The position numbers and the translations under genes were made by a program. A stretch of 64,000 bases of DNA, from contig JBFWLW010000001.1 of the NCBI GenBank assembly GCA_050251945.1, positions 32,001-96,000 on the forward strand, given 5' to 3'. This document shows, piece by piece, positions 28,929-39,653 of this stretch (position 1 is the first letter of the stretch; each line of letters opens with the position of its first letter). Under the pieces are notes generated by a model, which did not search any database, had not been told where the DNA came from, and saw only the letters and a list, made by a program, of their open reading frames with translations. Source of the DNA: Deferribacterales bacterium (GTDB lineage Bacteria; Chrysiogenota; Deferribacteres; Deferribacterales; Geovibrionaceae).

Positions 28929-30300
28929 CAACCTGCTGACCTATCTTTTTGAACTGCTGTCGTTTGTTCTTATAATGATAATTCTGTCGGGCAGAAGGGA
29001 GGCGAGAGCAAACCTTTCGTGGGTGCTTGCGGTCATTCTTTTTCCCGTTGTCGGCGCGCTTGCATACCTTATCTTCGGTAACCCCAGACTTAAGAATATC
29101 GTTGAAAAGCGCATGAAGCGCTACCCTTTTCTCGACAGGACGATATGCAAGGACAAAAGGTGCGAGGTGGACGTCGGGGAACTCGGCAGGCTTATCACAA
29201 AAGTGACTGGGATGCACCCTGTCAGGTGTCTTAATCTGAAACTGATAAGCGATGCGGCGGAAAAATACGATCTTCTGGAAAGGGATATCGTGTCCGCCAA
29301 AAATTATATATTGATGGAATATTATCTGTTCCGTGACGACAGCGTAGGTCGGCATTTTGCCTCACTTCTTGAACAGAAGGCGCGGGAGGGTGTTTGCGTA
29401 TACTTCATGGTGGACGGATGGGGTTCCATGGGGCTGATATTAACCAGCCTTATGAAACGTCTCAGAAAAGCCGGTGTGAAAACGGCTGTGTTTCATTCCC
29501 CGTTCGGTCTTAGGACTGCTTCACGGGTGAATTTCAGAAACCACCGTAAGATAGCTGTGATAGACGGCAGGATTGCCTATATGGGCGGAATGAACATCGG
29601 ACATGAATATCAGGAATGGGCGGACGCGCATCTTCGTTTTGAGGGGAACGCTGTGAACTCTGTTGCCGGATATTTTGCCGAAGACTGGATGTTCGCCACA
29701 GGCGGGGATATATCCGAAAATATTCTGGTTCCGAAGGGTATGGACTGCGGCGACAGAACCGTGCATATCATTCCGTCCGGACCGCACCAGACAACGCCTA
29801 TGATATACGATTCACTGTTCACCGTAATGAACAGGGCGAGACACTCCATAGACATTATCACGCCTTATCTGGTGCCTAATCAGCCCATGATGGAAGTTCT
29901 GAAAAATATATCGAAACAGGGGATAAAAGTGCGCATTGTTGTGCCGGGCAAAAACAATCATCCCATCATTGCCGCGGCGGGCAGGTCGTACTATGAAGAG
30001 CTTATCGAGGCCGGAGTTATTATTTATGAAGCTAAGGATAAAATGATACATGCCAAGATAATCACCATAGACGGCATCTGGACTACCGTCGGGTCAGCGA
30101 ATATGGATACCAGAAGCTTCAGACTGAATTTTGAACTGAATCTGATGGTTTATTCTGCGGAATTTGCTGAGCAGGTGAAAAATCTGATACTGCACTATAT
30201 CAGCATGTCGGAGAGTGTCGCACTTGATGAACTCAAAAAAAGACCCTTCTATGTACGTGTTTTCGAGGGCGGCTGCCGTTCCCTTGGTCCCGTGCTTTAA
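28912..30300 (+). CDS. cls: Cardiolipin synthase (start 28912 TTG or 28888)
   Basis: N-terminal two TM helices; two HKD motifs RNHRKIAVIDG and HAKIITIDG..GSANMD.RS. Confidence 0.92.
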   Translation: MTIHYDNLLTYLFELLSFVLIMIILSGRREARANLSWVLAVILFPVVGALAYLIFGNPRLKNIVEKRMKRYPFLDRTICKDKRCEVDVGELGRLITKVTGMHPVRCLNLKLISDAAEKYDLLERDIVSAKNYILMEYYLFRDDSVGRHFASLLEQKAREGVCVYFMVDGWGSMGLILTSLMKRLRKAGVKTAVFHSPFGLRTASRVNFRNHRKIAVIDGRIAYMGGMNIGHEYQEWADAHLRFEGNAVNSVAGYFAEDWMFATGGDISENILVPKGMDCGDRTVHIIPSGPHQTTPMIYDSLFTVMNRARHSIDIITPYLVPNQPMMEVLKNISKQGIKVRIVVPGKNNHPIIAAAGRSYYEELIEAGVIIYEAKDKMIHAKIITIDGIWTTVGSANMDTRSFRLNFELNLMVYSAEFAEQVKNLILHYISMSESVALDELKKRPFYVRVFEGGCRSLGPVL

Positions 30301-31559
30301 AGCAGGTTGCAAGCTCTGCTGTCAATGAAGTCTATGCAGAGAATGTATGTGCTGTCTTCGGATTCAAATCTTTTTGCCATTGTTCTGCAAAGCATTCCGG
30401 TTGCCAGTGATATGTATGGATCAGTGTAGTACGAGAGCAGATTAAGGCTGTTTATAAAGTAGAAATACTCTTTCAGAGAGTGGTCTGTACCCGTTTTTGA
30501 AGGGTGGAACAGGCTGTGTTCGCAGTCGGGTATATCAAATCCGCATATCGTATCTCCAACCTGAACACCGTCTTCGTTCAGAAAGTAGACACATTCTATA
30601 TCCTTGTGAGTCTTAATAAATTCAATAGCGATACTGACGAAGTCTATTTCATGTGTGTTCACGACCTCATCCAGCATTCTGTTCAGGATACTTTCAAAGT
30701 TTGCGTGCTGGAACCGTTTCTGTTCAAGGTTCACAGCCATGTAGTCCTTTATCTCGTATGAAAGACCGTCCATCATGGTCTTGCAGCAGAAGTTCTGGAG
30801 ATCTGCCCTGCTTTTAGGTTTTGAGAAGAAAAAGCCCTGAAAGAGGTCAGCGCCAAGCTCGTGGCACTTCATAACGTCCTCTTTGGATTCGACTCCCTCC
30901 GCCAGCGTCAGCGAGCCTATTTTTTTGCCGAGGTCTATTATCGACTTTATGATGGATTGCTGATAGTAGCTCTGGCTTACGTTGTGGATGAGACTTCTGT
31001 CTATTTTGATGATATCCGGTTTGGATATTACAAGTCTGTTCAGGTTTGAGTGCAGTGCGCCGAAATCGTCCAGAACAACGAACATGCCCAGTGCGGAAAA
31101 TTTTTCCGTGATGGCTTCAAGTTTACTGTTGTTTTCTATTTTGGATTCCAGTATCTCAACTGCGATGTTCTGATATTTAAGTCCGGCTTCGTCTGCGTAT
31201 ATTTTTGTCCAGGATTTATCTTCATCAATAACGTTGTCCAGAACGGATGCATCGAAATTGAGGAAAAGAACAAGGTTTTCGTGGTCGGTTATGTTGGCGA
31301 ACTCTTTCATGGCTGTTTTGCGGCAGAGCCTGTCCAGCGCAAGTACGAGATTATGTCTTTTTGCTTCGTTGAAAAGGGTTATGGGTGAGATCACTGTCCG
31401 GTCGGCGGGGTTGATTCCCCTGCAAAGAGCTTCAACTCCGACGGCCTTTTTCAGTTTCAGACTGAGAATAGGCTGAAACTCGATCCTTATAAGCTCTTTT
31501 TCCACAATCTCCGCAATATCAAAACCAATATTTTCCAAAAAATTCTCCGCAGTTTTCAT
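30297..31559 (-). CDS. EAL-domain phosphodiesterase with C-terminal sensor-like domain (YkuI-like)
   Basis: FQPI, EALCRG, LFLN, DDFGA, IKID, AEGVE, FQGFFF. Confidence 0.9.
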   Translation of the reverse strand: MKTAENFLENIGFDIAEIVEKELIRIEFQPILSLKLKKAVGVEALCRGINPADRTVISPITLFNEAKRHNLVLALDRLCRKTAMKEFANITDHENLVLFLNFDASVLDNVIDEDKSWTKIYADEAGLKYQNIAVEILESKIENNSKLEAITEKFSALGMFVVLDDFGALHSNLNRLVISKPDIIKIDRSLIHNVSQSYYQQSIIKSIIDLGKKIGSLTLAEGVESKEDVMKCHELGADLFQGFFFSKPKSRADLQNFCCKTMMDGLSYEIKDYMAVNLEQKRFQHANFESILNRMLDEVVNTHEIDFVSIAIEFIKTHKDIECVYFLNEDGVQVGDTICGFDIPDCEHSLFHPSKTGTDHSLKEYFYFINSLNLLSYYTDPYISLATGMLCRTMAKRFESEDSTYILCIDFIDSRACNLL

Positions 31560-32788
31560 GATTTCAAACTATCAATAAAGTCGATGCATAAAATATAATC
31601 TTCATCTCTGACGGTCAGCGTACACGACATCGTTCTCAATATATTTCTGGAAGTGCTTGAGATGAACGTGTCAGTAAAATATCGTCCGGCATCCAGTTTT
31701 TTCAAGTAATAATAATAATCCTTTAAAGAATGATCCGAATGGTTTTCGTGGAACATGCTGAAGGATTTTGTTTTGCGTATTTCATGAATAGGGTTCATCA
31801 CTGACGGCAAAGTCTGCATGCCTTCATTGTCCAGCAGAAAGATCCTTTCAATCTCAGGAAAAAAGCTGATGTTTGCTATGAGTGCCTTGTAGAATGCGTC
31901 GAGACTGCGCCCTTTGGCTTCCTGTTTCAGCAGTGACGTTATATTTTCAAAGTTGGTGTGTCTGTTTTTTCTGATGGTGACGTTTTCCGCCAGTTTGTTT
32001 TTAACATAGCCGACGGTATAGTTTATTTTGTCCTGTATGAAACCAATGGCGCTGCCAACATCTATGCATGGTCTGTGGAAGAAAAAGCCCTGATACAGGT
32101 CTATGCCCAGCTCATAGCTTTTCATTATGTCTTCCATGTTCTCAAGCCCCTCCGCAAGGGTGAGTGCGCCTGTTTTTTTCGCTATATCTATGATGGATGT
32201 AATGATCGACTGTTGATAATAGTTATCATGGATGTTGCGTATCAGCCCCATATCAATTTTTATGATATTCGGCTTAGAGAGTATTATACGGTTCATGTTT
32301 GAGTGCATTGCGCCGAAATCGTCCAGAGAAACGTAGTAACCGAGTTTTTTGTAGTTGTCTACGAAGCTGACCAGGTTGTGATTGTTCTCTATCTTTGATT
32401 CGACTATCTCAAGGGATATTGATGAATAGTTTATGCCGAATTCGTCTGTCAGCGCTTTGGTATAATTTGTGGATTCTATGTCGTTTTTATCTATGACGCA
32501 TGTGTCAATGTTTAGAAATAACAAATATTTATTGAAATTTGGGATAGTTTTATAAGATTTCATTGCAGTACGGCGGCAGAGGCGGTCAAGCTCAAGGTCG
32601 CAATCTTCGTCCCGCGCCATGGCAAACATGTTGCTAGGTGAGATAATGTTGCCTGTTTCCGAGCATATGCCTCTTGAAAGTGCTTCAAACCCTACAATGC
32701 GCATCTCTTTCAGACTCACCACAGGCTGAAAGACAGTAACTACGTTGTTTTCCCGCAAAATACGTTTAATAAGAGAATCTTCTTTCAC
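31556..32788 (-). CDS. EAL-domain phosphodiesterase, tandem paralogue (start uncertain; GTG 32788)
   Basis: FQPV, EALSRG, DDFGA, AEGLE, YQGFFF; collinear with the neighbouring EAL protein. Confidence 0.88.
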   Translation of the reverse strand: MKEDSLIKRILRENNVVTVFQPVVSLKEMRIVGFEALSRGICSETGNIISPSNMFAMARDEDCDLELDRLCRRTAMKSYKTIPNFNKYLLFLNIDTCVIDKNDIESTNYTKALTDEFGINYSSISLEIVESKIENNHNLVSFVDNYKKLGYYVSLDDFGAMHSNMNRIILSKPNIIKIDMGLIRNIHDNYYQQSIITSIIDIAKKTGALTLAEGLENMEDIMKSYELGIDLYQGFFFHRPCIDVGSAIGFIQDKINYTVGYVKNKLAENVTIRKNRHTNFENITSLLKQEAKGRSLDAFYKALIANISFFPEIERIFLLDNEGMQTLPSVMNPIHEIRKTKSFSMFHENHSDHSLKDYYYYLKKLDAGRYFTDTFISSTSRNILRTMSCTLTVRDEDYILCIDFIDSLKS

Positions 32789-32941
32789 TAATTCGCCCGA
32801 TAAATAATAATAACTATGGGCATGACTGTACATGATAATTTTGCAAAGAGCAAGCCTTGTCTTAAGGCTTTTGAAAAGAGGCATACGGATTGTTAGGACG
32901 CTAACTAAGCCCCGGTTGAAATTTTGTTGCGCGGCTTTCAG

Positions 32942-33166
32942 TTATGCGGTTTTTCTGACATTCTGATCCTCTTTAAGTGCCTGGGCAAGGCGTTTTGCCT
33001 CATTAGCCGTGATGAGCAGATTGAGCAGACTTTCCATTTCGTCCCTGCTGAGAGGTTTGTCCGTGGTCAAGAGGTCGCGGGCAATGGAAATGTGCAGATT
33101 TGCTATGCCGGTAAGCTGTTTTATTCTTTCGTCTTCATTTTTGTTGAAAAATGCCTCTGTGTCCAT
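32942..33166 (-). CDS. Small hypothetical helical protein
   Basis: 74-aa ORF with strong AGGAGG RBS. Confidence 0.65.
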   Translation of the reverse strand: MDTEAFFNKNEDERIKQLTGIANLHISIARDLLTTDKPLSRDEMESLLNLLITANEAKRLAQALKEDQNVRKTA

Positions 33167-33217
33167 TCTTTCCTCCTGATGAAAGATTGGATAGTATGAA
33201 GCAACGCGGATGCCATT

Positions 33218-36200
33218 TCAGACTTTATTCCTGAGATTTTCCGAGACTATTTTAACGACTCTGTTAAGTTCTTCCAACAGCAGGGTAACCGATTCTATGG
33301 TATTTTTTACGTTGTTTGCCGCCAGCGCCGACTCGGCATTTTTTGCTGTCTGTGACAGTTTCGGCATGGCAAGATTTTCTGCGTATGAACCTACAGACCG
33401 GAAAATATCGCTCAGTGTTCCGGTATCCGGATTTGCAGTCATCTCTTTGCGTATGCCGTCCGCCGTTTTAAGAAATTCCTGCAGAGCTTTGATGAAAAGC
33501 GCTTCGTTTCCTCCGAAACCGCCCAGTCCTGTCATGAAATCCACATGACCGCCGGAATCGTACATTTGCGATCCGGCAGTTCTGGCAGAACTTATTCTGA
33601 CAGCCTCAGTGACCGCTCTGGATATCTCGTTTATTTTAAGCGGTTTGCCTATGGCGCCTGTTATAAGCGCCGTTTTCATTTTAAGCTTGTCCTCATCAAT
33701 GACGCTTGCCGTCATTGCGTATATGGGGGTGTCAGCGTTCAGTGCGCCTTCGCGTATAGTCCTTGCTGCCGAATATCCGTCCAGTTCAGGCATCATTATG
33801 TCGAGGAATATAGCGTCAAAAATCTCCTTTTCAGCGGCTTCGACAGCCTCTCTGCCGTTTTCGGCAAAGCTGACGCTTATGCCCAGAAGCTGCATGAATT
33901 CGCTGGCAACTTCGCGGTTAAGACTGTTGTCGTCCGCAACAAGAACGTGAATTTTGTGTCCCGTCTCTTTGGCATTCAGGATTTCCGGCAGTTCGTCTTT
34001 CGACTGTTCACCTGTAACGGCTGTCACCGCCGAGTGGAACAACAGGGTGGGAGAGGCGGGTTTTGCAAGCGTTGATATTTTAAGTCCGATATCTTTCTGC
34101 GGATGTTCGCTGCTGATGTATATCACGGGCGGCAGAAGTCCGGGGTCGGTGTCGAGTTTTTCAAATACGCCGAGCGGCGAATCGTCATGCATGCGGTTCT
34201 CAAGAACCAGCAGGTCAAAGCCCACCGTTCCGTCACTTTTTATGTTGCTTCCCAGCGTCTTCATAAGTTCGATATTGCTGTCGACTGAAACTACGTCCGC
34301 CTGAAGCTCTCTGAATATGGAGGATATGCTTCCCTGTTCCGACGGCATGTTTTCGGAAACCAGTATCCTTTTGTTTTTCAATATGCTGCTGCGCTCTTTC
34401 AGTTCTTCCGTGCTGGTAACGTCCGTGTTCTTCATTTTCAGAGTAAAGGAGAATGTGCTCCCTTTGCCCTGTTCGCTTTCCACAAAGACCGAGCTGCCCA
34501 TTTTGTCGAGAATTTTTTTGCATATTGACAGACCGAGACCGGAACCGCCGTATTTTCTGGATGTTTTCTTTGATATCTGTTCATATGATGAAAATATTTT
34601 ATTGATTTTATCGGCGGGTATGCCTATTCCCGTGTCTTTAACGGTGAATCTTATTGTGCTGTATGCCATATTTGATTCCGTGCAGTCAACGGATATCACC
34701 ACCGAACCTTTGTCTGTGAATTTCACTGCATTGGAACCGATGTTGGAAAGCACCTGCATAAGTCTTGTGGGGTCGCCCTTCACATATGCCGGAACTTCAT
34801 CGGATATATCGAGCTTTAGTATTATCTTTTTCTTTTCCGCCTGAACTTCAAGAATATCTTTTATACTCTTTAAGAGGTCTATTATATTGAAGCTGATGTT
34901 TTCAAGCTCCAGTTTTCCTGCCTCAATCTTTGAATAGTCAAGTATGTCGTTAATTATTTCCATAAGAAACGTGGCGGATGAGTGTATCTTGCTTACGTAT
35001 TCGTACTGTTTCGAGTTGAGTCCTGTCTGCAGAGCGAGGTAGCTCAGACCGATTATGGCGTTCATAGGTGTTCGTATTTCGTGGCTCATAGCTGTCAGAA
35101 ACTCGGTTTTAACCTCGTTTATGTATCTGTAGTTATCCAGAGCTGATTCAAGCCGCTGATTTGCGTCTTCAAGCTGTTTTGTCCGGTTGCTTATGGTGTT
35201 TTCAAGATTTTTGTTTATGTCTTCAATAGCGTGTATCTGCCTGCTCTGCTGCCACAGATTGCTGTAAAGCTTCATGCTCAGGTTGTTGAACGCTTCCGCA
35301 AGGACGGTTATTTCAGTGTTTTCGTTGAAAGAGAGCAGTTTCGGTTCTTTTTCTATGGTTATTTCATTGTCGGTCACATGGCGGGCAATGTTTTCAATGG
35401 GTCTGAAAATAACTTTTATCATAAAGCCGGATACCAGCGCCAGTGCGAAAAGTCCGTATGCGATTATTGCCGCCGCCTGCTTTGTTAAGGCGGAATACAT
35501 CTGCGTTACCTCTTTGCTGGTGTCCTTGGCGAGGAACAGCCAGCCTATCTGGTTAGCAGAATAATCGTAAAGCGGCATTTTATAGGTCATATAAAATTTG
35601 CCGTCAAATCTGGTGATATCTTTTTTTTCCATCAGACCGGATGTCACTATTTTTCTGGTTTCGTCAGATGAAAAATCATAGACCAGAAGGTCGTCGTGGC
35701 GCAGCCATGAGGACGAATCATGAAAGAATTTTACCTTTTCGGCATTTTTTTTATAAATTGCGGTGGCATATTCAATGTCTGTGCAGGTTTTTGTTGTGCG
35801 CAGTATGTGCTCAATACTGCCGCCGAATTCCACTGTACCAACCGAATCGAAGTTGTACCACACGGGCTTGACAACGCGCAGTCCGAGACCGCTTCTGCCC
35901 ATTTCAATACCTGCTACCATTGTTTTTTGCTGATTGGCTTTGACAACGGTTCTCCGGATGGTTTCAAGGCTGTCGCCGTAGTTCTCTTTGCTGTGAACCC
36001 GGTAAAAGCTTATTGCCGGAGGGATATGAAACTGAAACTGGTCTATGTCGTAAAGGTGTTTAAGCCTTGTGTCGTATATGTTGTCCACAAGTTTCGCAAG
36101 CCCTTCGCGGTCTCTTCTGGCGAATCTTTCCACAAGCGTCTGGTTGTCTGTCAGGGTGTCAAGACCGAGGGAGAACTGCCTTATCATCGTTTCCTGCTCG

Positions 36201-36367
36201 GTCTCGAATATCTTGCCGAACATATTGAACGCTTCTTCATTTTTGCTGATGATGTCACTGCGCAGTTTTGAATATGTACTGAAAATGAGAATAAAGACAG
36301 CCACAGACATTAATAGTGCCGTGAACGCAAGTATACGATACCTGAGACTGCTGAAAAGAGAGTTCAT
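33218..36367 (-). CDS. Hybrid sensor histidine kinase (Cache-HAMP-HisKA-HATPase-pseudoREC-REC-degenerate HPt)
   Basis: FLTAMSHEIRTPMNAI, NAVKFT, DTGIGI, GGSGLGLSIC, FLDIMMPELDG. Confidence 0.93.
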   Translation of the reverse strand: MNSLFSSLRYRILAFTALLMSVAVFILIFSTYSKLRSDIISKNEEAFNMFGKIFETEQETMIRQFSLGLDTLTDNQTLVERFARRDREGLAKLVDNIYDTRLKHLYDIDQFQFHIPPAISFYRVHSKENYGDSLETIRRTVVKANQQKTMVAGIEMGRSGLGLRVVKPVWYNFDSVGTVEFGGSIEHILRTTKTCTDIEYATAIYKKNAEKVKFFHDSSSWLRHDDLLVYDFSSDETRKIVTSGLMEKKDITRFDGKFYMTYKMPLYDYSANQIGWLFLAKDTSKEVTQMYSALTKQAAAIIAYGLFALALVSGFMIKVIFRPIENIARHVTDNEITIEKEPKLLSFNENTEITVLAEAFNNLSMKLYSNLWQQSRQIHAIEDINKNLENTISNRTKQLEDANQRLESALDNYRYINEVKTEFLTAMSHEIRTPMNAIIGLSYLALQTGLNSKQYEYVSKIHSSATFLMEIINDILDYSKIEAGKLELENISFNIIDLLKSIKDILEVQAEKKKIILKLDISDEVPAYVKGDPTRLMQVLSNIGSNAVKFTDKGSVVISVDCTESNMAYSTIRFTVKDTGIGIPADKINKIFSSYEQISKKTSRKYGGSGLGLSICKKILDKMGSSVFVESEQGKGSTFSFTLKMKNTDVTSTEELKERSSILKNKRILVSENMPSEQGSISSIFRELQADVVSVDSNIELMKTLGSNIKSDGTVGFDLLVLENRMHDDSPLGVFEKLDTDPGLLPPVIYISSEHPQKDIGLKISTLAKPASPTLLFHSAVTAVTGEQSKDELPEILNAKETGHKIHVLVADDNSLNREVASEFMQLLGISVSFAENGREAVEAAEKEIFDAIFLDIMMPELDGYSAARTIREGALNADTPIYAMTASVIDEDKLKMKTALITGAIGKPLKINEISRAVTEAVRISSARTAGSQMYDSGGHVDFMTGLGGFGGNEALFIKALQEFLKTADGIRKEMTANPDTGTLSDIFRSVGSYAENLAMPKLSQTAKNAESALAANNVKNTIESVTLLLEELNRVVKIVSENLRNKV

Positions 36368-36636
36368 ATTTCCATTCCCAAAAACATTATAATATATATG
36401 TATCATGTTTTTGTGGTTATTGCCACTGAATTGAAGATTAAGTTGCGAATATTAAAGAAGAATTCCTATCAAAAAACATATTTTGAACTTTTGTTTATAT
36501 TGTTTATATTTAGATATATTTATAATGTACTTTTGCTTGGAATATTCACTGGTTTCCATCCTGTCGACAAGTTCGTTCAGTAGATCAGTGAGCACTTTTG
36601 CCTCTCAGACAGGATACCGGAAATTATACCCGTTTA

Positions 36637-38247
36637 TCAACTTCCTGTTTCCAGAGGCGGATATGCCGCAGAACAGATATGTGAATGTATACGCCGCAGG
36701 TCGCGAAGAATGTCTATATGCAGAGAGCTTGTCTCAATACTTTCCGGTATTCCTTCGCGAAGGCGCAGAAGATGCTTTTCGGATGCGGATGTTTCAAGCT
36801 CGCGCAGTCTGTTCTTTTCGTTAAGCAGATATTCGGCAAGCTTTCTGTCTCCTGTCATGAAAACGCTGAAAGCCACCTGAAGATTTTCAAGCACAATACC
36901 GTATATCTCTTCAAGCTCTTTTTTGCCTTCTTCTGAAAAATCCAGTCTGTTCTTTATCTTTTTTACTGCAAGCTCCATCAGGTTCTTGTCTATAATGTCG
37001 CCTATATGTTCAAGATTGATGGAGAAAGTCATAATTTCAAGCGCCCTTTTTCCTTCATCGCCTTCAAGCCTGTCCTGTGTGATGTTTACTATATAATGTT
37101 TGACTGCTTCATGGAGGCGGTCTACGTAGTTGTCCCTTCTGCAAACCTCTGCTGCAACTTTTCTGTCGCCATCCATGAGCGCGGTCATGCCGTCGGTCAG
37201 CATATTCTGCACTATGTCGCCCATGCGCAGTGTCTCCCTTGCGGCGCAGGATAGGGCAACGGAGGGTACGGAGAGCGCGTTTTCGTCGAGGTACATGGGA
37301 ACCGACGGGTCGTCAGTCAGCTTCTTTTCAGGCAGAAGTTTTTCAAGCAGTTTTGCAAACTGAGGCAGTATCATGAAGAACAGAACCGCTGTGAAAAGGT
37401 TAAAGGCTGTGTGGAAATCAGCCGCTGTACGTTCAGGGGAATAATTGAAAATACTGCCCAGCGGGTCTATGAAAGGAAATACCACTGCCGTTCCGGCAAC
37501 ACGGTTTATGAGATTTCCAACCGGCAGGCGTCTCTGTGCCGGATTATTACCTGAAACGCTCTCCAAAACGGGATTAAGAGCGCTTCCGATATTTGCCCCC
37601 AGAACAAAAGCTACCACTGCGGCTGGCGTTATCAGACCGGACGCTGAAAGCGACATCGAAAGCAGAACGGCGGCTGTACCCGAATGTGCAGTCCATGCAA
37701 TCACCATACCTATCAGAAGATTAAGGAGCGGTTCGTCGGTTATGGTCTGCATGAGTTCACGCATGACATGGCTGTTTTGCACAGGCTCAAATGTTGAAAC
37801 CAGCATGTGAAGCGCAAGCAGCATCACCCCCAGACCAGTGAATACTCTGCCGATGTCCCGCAGAACGGTTTTTCTGCTTTTTTTGAATGTGTACACGCCT
37901 ACAGCTATCAGAACCGGTATCGCCGCGGATGAATCAAACGCAAGAAGCTGAACGATAAGGGTGGTGCCGATATTTGCACCCAGCATCACAGCCATGGCGG
38001 GGACAAGTTCGACCATCCCGGATGAGAAAAAAGAAGAGAGCATCATTGCCGCAGCGGTACTGCTTTGCAATATTGCCGTCACTCCTGTTCCCGCAAGAAG
38101 TGAATAAAGACGGTTTTTAAGATATTTGCCGAGAAATTTCCTTATCTGTGTGCCGAATGCGCGGATAATCCCGCTTTGCACCATGTGCAGACCCCAGAGA
38201 AGCAGTGCGACGTTGCCGATAAGATTGAGAATGATGATAACAGCCAT
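36637..38247 (-). CDS. Na/Pi cotransporter family protein (YjbB-like) with PhoU-like tail
   Basis: LQSSTA, GANIGTT, HSGTA..GANIGS repeats; NLEHIGDII. Confidence 0.92.
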   Translation of the reverse strand: MAVIIILNLIGNVALLLWGLHMVQSGIIRAFGTQIRKFLGKYLKNRLYSLLAGTGVTAILQSSTAAAMMLSSFFSSGMVELVPAMAVMLGANIGTTLIVQLLAFDSSAAIPVLIAVGVYTFKKSRKTVLRDIGRVFTGLGVMLLALHMLVSTFEPVQNSHVMRELMQTITDEPLLNLLIGMVIAWTAHSGTAAVLLSMSLSASGLITPAAVVAFVLGANIGSALNPVLESVSGNNPAQRRLPVGNLINRVAGTAVVFPFIDPLGSIFNYSPERTAADFHTAFNLFTAVLFFMILPQFAKLLEKLLPEKKLTDDPSVPMYLDENALSVPSVALSCAARETLRMGDIVQNMLTDGMTALMDGDRKVAAEVCRRDNYVDRLHEAVKHYIVNITQDRLEGDEGKRALEIMTFSINLEHIGDIIDKNLMELAVKKIKNRLDFSEEGKKELEEIYGIVLENLQVAFSVFMTGDRKLAEYLLNEKNRLRELETSASEKHLLRLREGIPESIETSSLHIDILRDLRRIHSHICSAAYPPLETGS

Positions 38248-38510
38248 ATATTTCTCCCTGTTGGAGCTTCGCAGAGTTATTATTCTCTGCATTTATTTCA
38301 TATTTTTCTCCGAAAATTTAAGTATTCATAATCTATTGTAATTAATACGATAAATTGCTATTTATCCTGCTTTTGATATTTATAAAATCTATCTTATTTG
38401 ATAAAAAATGCAATATTTTTGTTAAATTCGATAATTTTTTTCTTGAATTAATCTTTGACAAATTTTCAGGAAAATATGATGATAAGCTCTATGATCCCGT
38501 TGAGGCGTAA

Positions 38511-39653
38511 ATGAGTGATTTTAAACTGTATTCTAAAAATTTTATTCTGATATGTGTTTCAGGATTCCTTTATTTCGGCAGTTTCTATCTGCTTTTGCCG
38601 ACAATTCCGCAGTTTGTTCAGGATATCGGCGGTACGACAGGGCAGATCGGTGCCGTTGTCGGTTTTTTTACTCTGACATCCGTACTTTTGAGACCTTATT
38701 TCGGTAAACTTGCCGACAGTTACGGTCGAAAAAGATTTCTCCTCTTCGGGTCGGGGCTTTTTGCCTTTCTTTTTGTTTTTTATGCACATGCGGGCGGCAT
38801 CGTTCCGCTTTATATACTGCGTCTGTTTCACGGTGTAGCACACGGATGCTATCTGGCGGCGGCGTTTGCGTACGTTGCCGATCTTGCGCCTGTTCAGCGC
38901 AGGGGCGAGGTCATGGGGGTATACGGTGTGGCGAACGTTTTTGCCATGGCGCTTTTTCCCGCATGGGGCAGCAGAATAATAACGGCTACTCACGATTTTA
39001 ATTACCTTTTCACTCTGTCTGCGATAACGGCGGCATTATCTTTTCTGTCGCTCGTTATGCTGGACGACAGGAAACCGGAGAAACATGCCGGAAAGAAAGG
39101 TATTTTTGAAGCCGGGCTGAAAAAACCCGTACTTGTTGCTTCCATAACTTTTTTCAGCGCATCCACTGTTTACGGAACCGTTATAACGTTTCTCCCTGTC
39201 TATGCCCCTAAAAAGGGCATGGCAGATTTCGGCATCTTTTTTACGGTTTATGCCGTTTTCACACTTATAAGCAGGGTTGCGGCAGGAAAACTCTCGGATA
39301 TTTACGGGCGCAGGAAGGTCATTATCCCGTTCCTGCTCATTCTGGCTGTTGCAACTTTCTGTCTGCCGTTTCTTTCAAATATCTATATGCTGGCGTTCAT
39401 AGGCGCACTTTTCGGGCTTGGCTTCGGAGCTTTTATGCCCGCACTGTCTGCGTATGTTGTTGATAAAACAGAACCTCATGAAAGAGCTGGTGCGCTGGCG
39501 TTTTTCACATCTTTTATGGATGTGGGCATCACTACGGGCGCGATAGTTCTCGGTATCGTCGGCGGTCATTTCGGTTTTGAAGTGATGTACGGTTTTGCCG
39601 GAGTTATTCTCTGCTGCGGTATTATATTTTTCTCGCTTTTTACAAGGAAGTGA
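38511..39653 (+). CDS. MFS transporter
   Basis: About 12 TM segments; GKLADSYGRK and GKLSDIYGRR motif A copies. Confidence 0.92.
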   Translation: MSDFKLYSKNFILICVSGFLYFGSFYLLLPTIPQFVQDIGGTTGQIGAVVGFFTLTSVLLRPYFGKLADSYGRKRFLLFGSGLFAFLFVFYAHAGGIVPLYILRLFHGVAHGCYLAAAFAYVADLAPVQRRGEVMGVYGVANVFAMALFPAWGSRIITATHDFNYLFTLSAITAALSFLSLVMLDDRKPEKHAGKKGIFEAGLKKPVLVASITFFSASTVYGTVITFLPVYAPKKGMADFGIFFTVYAVFTLISRVAAGKLSDIYGRRKVIIPFLLILAVATFCLPFLSNIYMLAFIGALFGLGFGAFMPALSAYVVDKTEPHERAGALAFFTSFMDVGITTGAIVLGIVGGHFGFEVMYGFAGVILCCGIIFFSLFTRK

